A stretch of 64,000 nt of DNA, taken from an uncultured Planctomycetia bacterium (lineage in GTDB: Bacteria > Omnitrophota > Gorgyraeia > JABMRG01). Below, piece by piece: positions 50,601 to 58,562 of the stretch. The stretch's first letter is position 1. Each line of letters opens with the position of its first letter. Location of the stretch: contig CAZWMG010000002.1 of the NCBI GenBank assembly GCA_964634945.1, forward strand, positions 38,661-102,660, read 5' to 3'. A program made the position numbers and the translations under genes. Under the pieces are notes generated by a model, which had not been told where the DNA came from, searched no databases, and worked only from the letters and a program-made list of their open reading frames with translations.

Positions 50601-52517
50601 TCAATAAAAGATAGCGAGATAGCAGGTTCAAAAGAACAGCTTGGCATAAGGCTTACATTATCAGGAAATGATTTTTTATCTGATGAGTTTGAAGCCATGT
50701 TTGAAGCTTTCAATAGCCAGGTTAGAGATAATTTTGGCAAGAATGTATTCCTAAGTGTTTCAGGTATCGCAGATGGAAGAGAAGGCTTATTTGATTTAGG
50801 GGTCTTAGTAGAGAATGTTAGTACCACGCTGAAATCCAAAGGTTCTTTAAACGTAGTAGGCGACTTTACCCAGTCTGTCAGGGGCAGCAGAGATGAGGAT
50901 GGTTTCGCAACAGTATCTAAGAGCTCTTCAAGCGGTACCATGCTTGAGTCAGGATCAGACAAAAGATTGGCTGTTCAAAGAATGGTTATTCAAGCAAAGC
51001 TCGATTGGCTATATAACAAAAGGGAAGCCATTAGAACAGCACGCTTTAAAGAGCAGCTTAAAGTAAGGTTTACTTTACCATCAGATGTGTTTACCTCGAT
51101 TGGCGTGAAGGATATCCTAGAGGCTTTTCGCGGCAGGATTCAAAAAGATTTTGAAGAAGATGTGAAAATCACTTCTACAGGATATGCGGATGAAGGGGGT
51201 GGAACTATTGATGTGCTTGTATCAATACAGCCTAACAGCGAATCAACAACACCTAGAAGCCATTCAGGCGACACGAACTATGCCGGTATCAGCGAGCATC
51301 ATGCATTAAACGCAGAAGGCGTAAAATATTTTAAGGAACGGATTGAATCAATGGATCCAAGCAATGCAACAGAGGTAGCAGTTGCTCTTTTGTATCCAAT
51401 AAATGGTACGCTGCTTACTTCAGCTACTGCCGCAATGAATAAATTCAGAATTTCTGCCAGAAAAGAACAGGGCATAGAAATAGAGACTTCAATGCTAACT
51501 GATAAAACCGGTATTACCTTATCTATCGGTGGCAACGGAAGTAAAAAAGAGCAAGAATCTAGTGTTAATATATGGAAGACCTCTTCAGGTGGCACTATCC
51601 TTGTGTCAAATACAGAAAAGATATCTACCTTGGTTAGAAATCTTAAAGCAAGTGTTAATGCTCAAGAGAGATTTTCTATCGCCCTTGAGAAGCTTAATGA
51701 AATAGGTCCGGCTGCGGCATCTGAGGCAAAAGAGATCTTTGAAGGCATACAAAAAGAGTTGTTTCATAAGCTTGATGAAGATACTATTGATGTGCTAAGG
51801 ACCTCTGGTTTAACTCTATCCTCATCTGATAAAGAGGCATTGAGGGATATGGTAAGTATCCAGTATCAAGCAGAACAGTATATAAGCAATATCGAAACCA
51901 TAATATATGCGGATAAAGGCAGATTATCGGAGGATACTGCGCCTCGTGTAATGATATTACCAGCGACAACAGCTGTATCAAGCCAAGTTGTGCTTGCCGC
52001 AGAAGAGCTCCAAGCGATAAAGGATAATCTTGGGGTTATAACAGTAGTTAGCAATGACCCTATCGGAACAATTAATAGTATCAAGAAAGGCAAGATACTC
52101 TTTGATGTAAAAGGATCCAATGTCAAGGTCCCTGCTAATAATATTGCGGTAATGCTATCTGAAGATCAGAGAAGTATCGCAGGCGATGTGAGCAAGGCGC
52201 TAGGCACAAACAATACACTCGTAATGAGCAATATATCTACTTCTCAATATGTGCCATTTTCACAACTTGCGATGCTTGCAAAGGTTCAGCTTATACTCAA
52301 CAAAATAGGCGTAACATCAAGCGAAGCAGGGCCATATAGAAGCGCGTTTCTTGCTATATGGAAGGGTGTAACAGGTGCTCCATTTGTTGGTAGTATTGAA
52401 AAGTTTATGGCTAACCCTGTGGCTTACGTTATCAGCATATTGTCTGCACCGGTATCAACACTTAGCGATATAGAAATAAAGATATTACATGACAAGGCTG
52501 CCAGAATCTGGGCGTAA
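44685..52517 (+). CDS. Giant 2610-aa protein with an N-terminal hydrophobic leader, a ~460-aa N-terminal extension, a complete PEP-synthase-like phosphotransferase core (nucleotide-binding N-domain, phosphohistidine swivel domain, PEP-binding TIM-barrel) and a ~1200-aa C-terminal region of degenerate repeats
   Basis: Swivel 'TRQGGRSAHAIIISIQFGYCVVG'. Barrel 'MIGDRGTGLEV', 'ELVINALLAEEL' and 'YFSNGTNDLTQSVKGSRDE', colinear with E. coli PpsA. A degenerate second copy reads 'VGDFTQSVRGSRDE'. Four '..F(R/N)..(I/V)(Q/K/R)K(E/D/N)F.ED' repeat modules. Confidence 0.7.
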   Translation: MARNINRFLSYLIIIAFLSTSTNLSYLSQQEFQSQTDTLRSQAAVLGLDISAIQARLESPAPDVARSSSAGDDSDEVSDIMVQSFMQNNTVVFINKALETVELTDLPASYKELSDKYKGILLQEIGKKGIVALFQRLEEDANDLFKEGKEKEATNLYKSVIFFAKVTDALIVHDNEFDWIGNISLLGGKIDNSLMLSKGKLEVPPFFGITSMFQKYVWLYNDLLPKMRDIAFTVDPQNNTATSSAQARFEQLIKDTHVPEDLKLMLEIEARKIADREGYALTKEEADKLETEAIEIILRSSQGLEDRPGIPSAGIGSSVPTMGTDGMLDVFKDVAASAYLRRALEYRDKIAISTWLLSRMNIDELKHIVNKLKGLSEVTSKVEVGGIFYDTSTIVEDIEANLSEDLRSRKEFVNVSTLRVLTLLELLQQQSAKDDIIDKALVEIRDVRIDCLDAARIGGGIQTQTMRSSEYSIVGFALNKATGWTGDANDMVVIDYDISYGRGELIVQGSIISDHYKILLNLKTGKAIILSKECGSKLATLKRAKAGEEIEVWADSKHETIETVIAEEGKEYLVVTPVEQRQRFVVSDKKAIEIAHKILEANTVHNSGRTQVVPVDMEACYYHDTKGKLQYSIVQKRDSAIKSGFDFEDPDFVIHAGKEPIAGLADAAQEQGHMKAKGFETQNAASGVTVWVEEPSADRVKKAVENIWEGAREAALNEFLPQAHPDLYTPNDKSAIIEKILRDKKIVDTGIQDDFDVEGFDFDKARILERIISKDSTQEEAIKEIESAFSGKLEKEAIVSIAVGALKLFKNTANLEDRMRILSSIIRVNIFSSPKADLKRAFIEEHAGVLERDVLNRQFDKIKAMIKDGITVVMVTPETNPNFNDIMKFVDENGGATITRQGGRSAHAIIISIQFGYCVVGGAEFNDSDLLERIKNGDQILLTVDGNKGQVYDLEIPITSFFSAFQPKRWGNYGGDIGLITNAPNEVEKASKNHHWQVPVDHDMYPYMEGKKSVGYYSVSLDRIEEILIELGLDFRGAYAYDRMNAIRAKELDESTLSERQRSDVGKLRGRRDLVTKVAKKVNERGFTSAVEYLRHELASHFKQMLATTKPGQVVQVRLRDLKKREILKTQDTAELFYNDEEASMIGDRGTGLEVHDENIEAIDLQVLALEDARAEAEELGGLGDLGFMFVFIRRVLDDSELGIESDLKKGLNRLLKLRREGKIKRIPAHVGVMFELVINALLAEELAAILADFRETVKKEFNEDISTYFSNGTNDLTQSVKGSRDETRYVSMDIMMPNGDIVKGIRVFYEGDPAVGDTIAHGAFVAKKYGHKRGSCGEYFNNLLNAGDPESIDSAREGFGRLDSGGTSIKVFPRAVKLLADSQLAKQRIPTNVAVKAEVVAEGKSLHEKGAVHRRAVFIRSEEDFITERVIYRDGGKNSEVRYAPKAVEGDILILSTDIAPDNKKLLEALDSQASGVVLAGKNGVNIKVLQALLVERNVPTIVIKKEIFTRLTDLKQYVFDFERGAIYTESKISFDIETAENKTAYAHIDYDAKPKQTSVETVDMDHIYNTIGVHPLALTLYALHTGEIENSVIETIDGGQVVRKLEKILSQQRIPLPNNKFPDMYRDVKELLDSHNVDSVRALINKVTKQAVERHRKILPKGTTLAFGTSQQDAWAFEELKWGKRETELELNVFNVPIDLRGLAKTISPGYGDIFEMFLEVVKEEGLDIQFNYVQDLNILDAAIEFLNQKGLVPGEDGFNLGMSASTSHNFIVAYRYFSKRDISFVKFDDELLLMNFALANLDHHTDVRRWDGSFESLININERSYQEALKRAKAMLRTAMVNHDVTEVTTPKSSSSGNSVLNEAMKLGVQIELDKLYLARKADESESTTRAFSTRFVIAGDEFFDNEITTMLENFRTKIQKEFGEDATISISADPNGPQTDLSVSVLLIPKFTPVAQSAIQAQFDGLLQSIKDSEIAGSKEQLGIRLTLSGNDFLSDEFEAMFEAFNSQVRDNFGKNVFLSVSGIADGREGLFDLGVLVENVSTTLKSKGSLNVVGDFTQSVRGSRDEDGFATVSKSSSSGTMLESGSDKRLAVQRMVIQAKLDWLYNKREAIRTARFKEQLKVRFTLPSDVFTSIGVKDILEAFRGRIQKDFEEDVKITSTGYADEGGGTIDVLVSIQPNSESTTPRSHSGDTNYAGISEHHALNAEGVKYFKERIESMDPSNATEVAVALLYPINGTLLTSATAAMNKFRISARKEQGIEIETSMLTDKTGITLSIGGNGSKKEQESSVNIWKTSSGGTILVSNTEKISTLVRNLKASVNAQERFSIALEKLNEIGPAAASEAKEIFEGIQKELFHKLDEDTIDVLRTSGLTLSSSDKEALRDMVSIQYQAEQYISNIETIIYADKGRLSEDTAPRVMILPATTAVSSQVVLAAEELQAIKDNLGVITVVSNDPIGTINSIKKGKILFDVKGSNVKVPANNIAVMLSEDQRSIAGDVSKALGTNNTLVMSNISTSQYVPFSQLAMLAKVQLILNKIGVTSSEAGPYRSAFLAIWKGVTGAPFVGSIEKFMANPVAYVISILSAPVSTLSDIEIKILHDKAARIWA

Positions 52518-52601
52518 TACTAGATGCAAAATTAGGAACAGGAACAAGGAACAACTTTACAAAATAGTGCAATACTTAAAATGTAAAGTTAGCGAATATC
52601 T

Positions 52602-52651
52602 TCAAGACCGGTTCTTAAGCACGATTGATCGTGCTTAAGAACCGGTCTTGA
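52602..52651. repeat. Second copy of the palindromic hairpin, 84 nt downstream of the giant gene stop
   Basis: 'tcaagaccggttcttaagcacgat' | tg | 'atcgtgcttaagaaccggtcttga'. It differs from copy 1 by a compensatory G:C to A:T change in the stem. Confidence 0.6.
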
Positions 52652-52715
52652 TTTATATTAAAAAAAGATTGCTATTTTTCTGACTTTTAGTTAAAATATA
52701 TCACAATTCTTTTTT

Positions 52716-52791
52716 GGCCCCATCGTCTAGTGGCCTAGGACGCAAGATTCTCATTCTTGTAACACGGGTTCGACTCCCGTTGGGGTCACCA
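52716..52791 (+). tRNA. tRNA-Glu (anticodon CTC) with encoded CCA
   Basis: Hand-folded: acceptor GGCCCCA/TGGGGTC, D-arm GTC-TAGTGGCCTAG-GAC, anticodon stem CAAGA/TCTTG, loop TTCTCAT, T-arm ACGGG-TTCGACT-CCCGT. Confidence 0.8.
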
Positions 52792-52954
52792 TGTACCACT
52801 CGCGGAGTTTATCCTGAACGCTTTGTGGTTCAGGGCTCGGGTACATGGCACAGCCATCCGTCTTCACCGTTGAATATTAATACTCCGGTGCGGCTACGTT
52901 GGATAGGCTGGCGTAGCTTGGACACGATTTAACGCTTGTAAAAAGCGAAGCCTG

Positions 52955-52970
52955 CCCGTTGGGGTCACCA
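52955..52970. repeat. 16-bp direct repeat of the tRNA-Glu 3' end ('cccgttggggtcacca'), 164 bp downstream of the tRNA. An att-like remnant.
   Basis: Identical to 52776-52791. Confidence 0.45.
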
Positions 52971-53107
52971 GAAATGAGTATTATTATGATTCTGTAATTG
53001 ACGAATTATTTATCATATGATATAATATATATACTAAAAAAATTAACGTGAGACCCCTGGCACCTGTCCGCCTTTGGCGGGAAAAGTTAGGGGTTTATTT
53101 TTTTGCC

Positions 53108-54190
53108 ATGAGAAGATTAATAATCTGTATAATATTTATTGCTTTTGTTGTTAATAGCGCAGGGCAGGGTTATGCCTTGAGGTCAGAGTCTACAGCTTTG
53201 TCTTTTCAGACAGATATATCAGATTCACTTAAGGGCCCGGATAAGCCTGGTTTAAATCAGGATAAGACATCATCATGTATTAGCAGTGAAGATGTCCCCT
53301 ATTCCAGATTAGGCGAATCCAATTGGTATAATGAGCTCAATGCTTATCTTGCGGGCATGACTGGTGTGCATCCAGGAGAACAAATCATTGAGATAGGCGC
53401 GGGCACAGGTGCATCTACAGCAGTTTTGTTGGATAAGATGGAGCATCGGGGAAAGATCATCGCGTTAGAGCCAAATCCAGAATATTTAGATATAGCAGTA
53501 AGAGTATTCAAGGATGAACCTGTGAAATTCATCTTGGCAAATGCGCAAGAAACAAATAGCATGATGAGGGGTAGGCTTCCGGCGGATAAGGCTTTCCTGT
53601 TTAATGCCATGCATCTTATTGATGGCCACGAAACTCTTCTTGACGATATTTCCGAGATTATTAAGCCAGATGGGACGCTAGCGTTTAACACAGCTTATTT
53701 CAAGGAGAATAACAGCGAATTCAAAAAGGTGCAAAGGCGTATTTTTGTTAAACTGTTGCGTAACGCCAAGGTAGTGGGGAAGAACATTATGACAAACAAT
53801 CGTACTAGATTTAAGGTTAGATCTATCGAACATTATGAAGAAGCTCTCAAGAAGGCTGGTTTTGAAATCGTTGGACTCAAACGCAGAGCTGTCAAGATAC
53901 CATTTCTAGATATAAAGGATTTCTACAGCGATAAGTCTGTTACAGATTATATCGCACCATCACTTACCCTAGAAGAGCGCGAGGAATTTATTATGAGATT
54001 GGTTATGGATGAAATCAATTTAGCGCGTGATAAGGGTAGAGATCATATCGAGGGGGAGTGGCTATATATTGTTGCGAAGAATTTAAATGGTAAAAATGAA
54101 CCTGCTCTATTTGCAGAATCTAGGATGTTATCACCTAAAGCTTTATTTGCAGAACAAAGGCGCATCAGCGCTATTTCACACTCCGCATAA
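53108..54190 (+). CDS. Class I SAM-dependent methyltransferase with an N-terminal signal/anchor. Internal start of track ORF 53048-54190.
   Basis: 'MRRLIICIIFIAFVVNSAGQGYA' signal. Motif I 'IIEIGAGTGAST'. Confidence 0.55.
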   Translation: MRRLIICIIFIAFVVNSAGQGYALRSESTALSFQTDISDSLKGPDKPGLNQDKTSSCISSEDVPYSRLGESNWYNELNAYLAGMTGVHPGEQIIEIGAGTGASTAVLLDKMEHRGKIIALEPNPEYLDIAVRVFKDEPVKFILANAQETNSMMRGRLPADKAFLFNAMHLIDGHETLLDDISEIIKPDGTLAFNTAYFKENNSEFKKVQRRIFVKLLRNAKVVGKNIMTNNRTRFKVRSIEHYEEALKKAGFEIVGLKRRAVKIPFLDIKDFYSDKSVTDYIAPSLTLEEREEFIMRLVMDEINLARDKGRDHIEGEWLYIVAKNLNGKNEPALFAESRMLSPKALFAEQRRISAISHSA

Positions 54191-54531
54191 ATAAAAAAAG
54201 AGAATGTCCAGAGGGTGGGTCTAATCGTCCTTCTTTTGATTTCGGAGATGCCCTACCACATCCAAACATCCTCATAAGAAATATACCCTATTGTATGAAA
54301 AAGTCAATAGCCGGCCTCAAAAACTTAGCACTTACCCTGATACCAGAATTTGCTTCCCGCCATAGCGGTCAGGCGCAAATACGGTACAGGGTTAATTCGC
54401 ACAGATGAGTTATGTTGTTTTGCTCCATAACTCATGTGCTCATTAAAATAATCCTTGACATTAAATAGGTATTTTTGTTATACTTTTTAAAAAGAGTTTT
54501 TAAACCATGGAATAAAAAGGGGGTTACTATT

Positions 54532-55755
54532 ATGGCAATCAGGCAGACATTATTTAGAGATCAGGTCTTATCTGATCGCGAAAGAAAGAACCTGGCTATT
54601 CTGGATGTTATTAGAAAGAGTGGCCCGGTTACAAGAACCGAGATATCAAAGGTTACAAAGCTTAATATAGTCACGGTATCGAATTATGTTAATAACTATA
54701 TAGACAAAAACTTAATCATTGAGAGAGGTTTTGATGTTTCTACAGGTGGAAGAAAGCCCACTCTCGTTGAGTTAAACGCTAAGATGGGTAATGTTATAGG
54801 CATTGATGTGGGCCCTGTTAATATGGTTGCGGTTATTACTGACCTGACAAATACAGTTGTAGGAAAGACAAAACGCCCGCGCCCTAACGGGCCTATGAGT
54901 GAAGTCATAACTAGTTCTATAGAAATGGTTTATGAGATAATGGAGAAATCAAAGGTCGACAAAAATAAGATAAAAGGTGTTGGCCTTGGTGTCTCCGGAG
55001 TAATCGATTCTATAGCAGGGACAATAAGGGATACCGATCCTACACGCGGAAGGACTACAGGGAGTTATTCCTCAGTTAAATCTCTTGTGCAAAAAGAATT
55101 CAATATACCCACGTTTGTGGGCAATGACGCTACTGTAGCGGCATTTGGAGAAAAGAGGCTTGGCCTGGAGCAAGAGATCGATGATATGCTCTATGTTTAC
55201 TCAGATGTAGGCTGTGGTATTATAATAAAAGGAGAGATATATTGTGGAGCAGGTGGAAGTGCGGGTGAAATGCAGCTTACAGCAGACAACCCAGAACTGC
55301 CTTTGCAGGATAAGGATCCATCATATCTAAGGCCATGGGGAGTTGACCTAGGTATAACAGAGGAAGCGCGTAAGATACTCACCAAAGAAAAGACAGATTC
55401 TAAGATAATGGACCTTGCAGGTGATGACCTTGATAATATTACACCCGATATTATCATCGAAGCTGCTAAGGGCAAGGATAAGATAGCAACAGAGATTATA
55501 GAGAGCGCCGGTGCAAACCTAGGTATTAGGATAGCTTATCTGGTAAATCTATTTAATCCTGAAGTAGTAGTAATCGGAGGAGGCATAGAGCAGGCAGGAG
55601 AGCTCCTTCTTGGGCCTGTAAGAAAGTCAGTAAGGAGCCTTGCTTTTGAGGAGCCGGCAAACACAGTAAAGATAGTGCCTTCAAGGCTTGGTGACAGCGC
55701 AGTAGCATTAGGTGCCGCAGCTCTTGTGTTAAGAGAGATATTTGCTCAAATTTAA
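54532..55755 (+). CDS. ROK-family transcriptional regulator/sugar kinase (NagC/XylR-like). Internal start of track ORF 54475-55755.
   Basis: N-terminal wHTH 'ILDVIRKSGPVTRTEISKVTKLNIVTVSNYV'. ROK glycine-rich 'GLGVSGVID' and 'CGCGIIIKGEIYCG'. GGGGG RBS before MAIRQ. Confidence 0.7.
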   Translation: MAIRQTLFRDQVLSDRERKNLAILDVIRKSGPVTRTEISKVTKLNIVTVSNYVNNYIDKNLIIERGFDVSTGGRKPTLVELNAKMGNVIGIDVGPVNMVAVITDLTNTVVGKTKRPRPNGPMSEVITSSIEMVYEIMEKSKVDKNKIKGVGLGVSGVIDSIAGTIRDTDPTRGRTTGSYSSVKSLVQKEFNIPTFVGNDATVAAFGEKRLGLEQEIDDMLYVYSDVGCGIIIKGEIYCGAGGSAGEMQLTADNPELPLQDKDPSYLRPWGVDLGITEEARKILTKEKTDSKIMDLAGDDLDNITPDIIIEAAKGKDKIATEIIESAGANLGIRIAYLVNLFNPEVVVIGGGIEQAGELLLGPVRKSVRSLAFEEPANTVKIVPSRLGDSAVALGAAALVLREIFAQI

Positions 55756-55950
55756 TGAGGGGTATCAGGATTAATACCAAGCGTTAATATAACCGTATCA
55801 AATAGGACTAACCGTATCATCAGTGTTAGTCCTATTTTTTTTGTATTTATTCAAATATAGATTGACTTCAACCGTATCATATGCTAAAGTTGAATCAAGT
55901 TCAATGATATGGTTGTTTAATTACGAAGCAGTGTCAACAGATAAGGGAAA

Positions 55951-58536
55951 ATGAAAATGATACGGTGGGCGTTTTTATTTATTTTTTTCTTTGTAGCTGT
56001 GCCTTTTACTGGTAGCTATGATACGGTTCTAGCAGAACCGACTGAGACCGTATCATCCTATATACTAGCTGATCTGCAGCACGAGCAGTACTCAGATTTT
56101 TCCCGCATCATATTTGCTTCTAATCAGAAAATAGCTTTTATATCTTATGAACTCGAAAACCCCTATAGGATTGTTATTGACCTTATAGGGGTCTCTTTTT
56201 GCGAGTTGCAGGAATATATTGAATATGAAGAAGGCCTGGTAGAATCTGTTGAGATAATAGAGACACCCTATGTAAAGCATCCGCAGGGACTCGATGAATA
56301 CTTTTATGCGGTAGATTATGTTATTATAACCCCACGCTCTAAGTCCCCCTTTACCGTATCATCATCTGAGGATGAGAAGGTACTCGCAGTTGATATAGGC
56401 AAAAAAACAAAGCCCGCGTTAAGGGTCTCTGAGGTAACCGTATCAGATCTTGAAAAGCCGGAAATTGTCGCAAAACCAGAGAGTAAAGAGAGCCCTCTCC
56501 TTGTTGAGAGGCAGCCGATACCTCAAGAACTTATTACTGAAAAACAACCTGTTGTTAATCAACCTTCTGTTGCTCAAGAGCCGGCACCATTGGCCATAAA
56601 AGAGAAGCTTATAGACTATATCAATGTTGAGATCGTAAATGATGCTTCTTTTGTCATTATTATGTCTAATAGGGATGTTATCTATAAGGTAAAGAGAAAC
56701 CAATATCCTGAGTTTAATATAGTGCTAACGCCTCAGAGTAGAGTCTTTACAGATTTGGAAGAATATGTAGAATTTGATGCAGGATATATGAGATCAATAC
56801 AGATTACTAAGGATTCTGCCATAAGTAAGCCAGAGGCCCTTGACAGCTATTATTATCCTGTAAAAAGTATAATAATAGAGCCAACTGTTGATCTTCCTTT
56901 TGATTTTTATGCTAACGATAACGGAACAATATCTATATTGGAGATATATTATCCTGACATAGAGAAGGAAAAAAAGGATGTCCTGGCTGAGCTGAAGATG
57001 CAAGAGGAATTGATCGCGCAGGACGCGAGAAGAGGGTTACTCATACAGCTTAAAGAAGAGATTAAAAAAGAAGGACTATTGAGACAAGAAAAGGTCACGG
57101 AGTTCAGGCAAGAAGAGATTGAAAAGAGAAAGAAAGAGGCGAGCCAGCAGATTGAGACCATCGGTAGAGAGGTCATAAAGGACCTTCTTGTAAGAGGCAA
57201 AGGCATGTTAAGCCTAAAAGAGTCACAGGCCATTGCTATTGAGAACGACCTACAGGCCAAGACATCTAAAAAGGAGCTAAAGCTCGCGAAACTTAAACAG
57301 AGAGATGCCTTTAGGGCGCTATTTCCTAATGTAAAGCTTAAGGCATCACATACTGCCGGAGATGTTGTTGATGATGTTGCTTTTACAGAAGAGTTATATG
57401 GTGTAGAAGGAGAGCAGGCTATTTATCAGGGCGGCAGGCTTGTGAATGCCTATAATCAGAGCAAGGTTAATGTCTCCCTCTCAGAAGCCAGATATAAGAA
57501 GATAGCCAATGACCTAGATTTTAAGGTTGCCCAGGCTTATTATAATATCGTGACAGCGGTAATGAATATAAGGTTGCAGAAAGAGCTTCTAAGAGAAGCA
57601 GAGGTTATTATCCAGATAGCTGAAAAAAGGCACAAATCAGGCCTAAGCACTAATCTTGAGATATACAATGTTCGATCGCGTTATAATCAGATACAATTTC
57701 AACTCGCTACTACAGAGAGGGATCTGGCATTGGCGCGCTTTAAGCTCAAGCAGGCACTGGGCCTTGATATTAGTGAACAGGTTATAGACCTTTCCGAGGT
57801 TGATACAGAGCTCCCATTTAATATTATAGAGATTAACCTGAATGAGTGCCTCAAGGCAGCGTCAAATAACCAGCCTGACATAATGGTTAATAAGCTTCTT
57901 GTAGAGTCTAATGAGTATGGAGAAAAGATCGCGCAAGGCAAAGAGAGTTTTAGAATAGATTTGACAGGTTTTTACGGCAGAGGAGATTCCTATTACGATA
58001 CAGAACCAAAGAATTTGGATGATAACTGGAATGTAGGCGTAAAGGTTAGCAAGCCTTTCTGGTTTGCTACACCGTCATACTCATTTACAAAGGATAAGAC
58101 CAGTCTGAAGGTTGGAGATACAGATAGGGTAGGCTCAACTGTGAACTCAGGCGAGATAGCAATACTTGATAAAAACTCACTCTCTATAGGCTCAGAGATA
58201 GAGGAAGCAAAGGTTAATAAGCAGAAGGCAGAAAATGAATTGATCGAAACCAGGCGCCAGTTAGCGCTGGAGATAAAAGAGGCATATTATAATTATCAGG
58301 AGTCTATCTTACAGGTTAAAAACGCGTTGGAAAAGGTCCGTTTTCATACTGAGGCTGTAAAGGTTGCCAGGGCGCAGGCCGGTTTAAATGAAGCTCTCCA
58401 GTCACAACTTTTGGAATCTGTAATACAGCTTGCCGATGAAAAATCAGTTTATATAAAAGCGCTATCAGATTATAGTCTGGCGATAGTAAAGATAAATAAA
58501 GTAATAGGTATAAAAGATTATTTTAATGTTAATTAA
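55951..58536 (+). CDS. Outer-membrane efflux factor (TolC family) with a ~400-aa N-terminal extension containing two AMIN-like domains and a P/Q-rich linker
   Basis: Signal peptide. 'RIIFASNQKIAFISYELENPYRIVIDLIGV' (AMIN-like). The C-terminal half has the duplicated OEP repeat pattern. Confidence 0.6.
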   Translation: MKMIRWAFLFIFFFVAVPFTGSYDTVLAEPTETVSSYILADLQHEQYSDFSRIIFASNQKIAFISYELENPYRIVIDLIGVSFCELQEYIEYEEGLVESVEIIETPYVKHPQGLDEYFYAVDYVIITPRSKSPFTVSSSEDEKVLAVDIGKKTKPALRVSEVTVSDLEKPEIVAKPESKESPLLVERQPIPQELITEKQPVVNQPSVAQEPAPLAIKEKLIDYINVEIVNDASFVIIMSNRDVIYKVKRNQYPEFNIVLTPQSRVFTDLEEYVEFDAGYMRSIQITKDSAISKPEALDSYYYPVKSIIIEPTVDLPFDFYANDNGTISILEIYYPDIEKEKKDVLAELKMQEELIAQDARRGLLIQLKEEIKKEGLLRQEKVTEFRQEEIEKRKKEASQQIETIGREVIKDLLVRGKGMLSLKESQAIAIENDLQAKTSKKELKLAKLKQRDAFRALFPNVKLKASHTAGDVVDDVAFTEELYGVEGEQAIYQGGRLVNAYNQSKVNVSLSEARYKKIANDLDFKVAQAYYNIVTAVMNIRLQKELLREAEVIIQIAEKRHKSGLSTNLEIYNVRSRYNQIQFQLATTERDLALARFKLKQALGLDISEQVIDLSEVDTELPFNIIEINLNECLKAASNNQPDIMVNKLLVESNEYGEKIAQGKESFRIDLTGFYGRGDSYYDTEPKNLDDNWNVGVKVSKPFWFATPSYSFTKDKTSLKVGDTDRVGSTVNSGEIAILDKNSLSIGSEIEEAKVNKQKAENELIETRRQLALEIKEAYYNYQESILQVKNALEKVRFHTEAVKVARAQAGLNEALQSQLLESVIQLADEKSVYIKALSDYSLAIVKINKVIGIKDYFNVN

Positions 58537-58562
58537 ATGATTCAAGGAGAAGGAGTAAAATA

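Noticed and set aside
45518-52126. Numerous minus-strand ORFs of 60-140 aa inside the giant gene, and similarly inside the RND, TolC and RelA genes
   Set aside because: These are antisense ORFs within strongly supported long coding regions, with serine/leucine-rich low-complexity translations. They are shadow ORFs.
54396-54430. 10-bp perfect hairpin ('atgagttatg'/'cataactcat') upstream of the ROK gene promoter
   Set aside because: There is no T-tract, and the upstream gene ends 200 nt earlier. It is likely an incidental palindrome or operator, with too little evidence to call.
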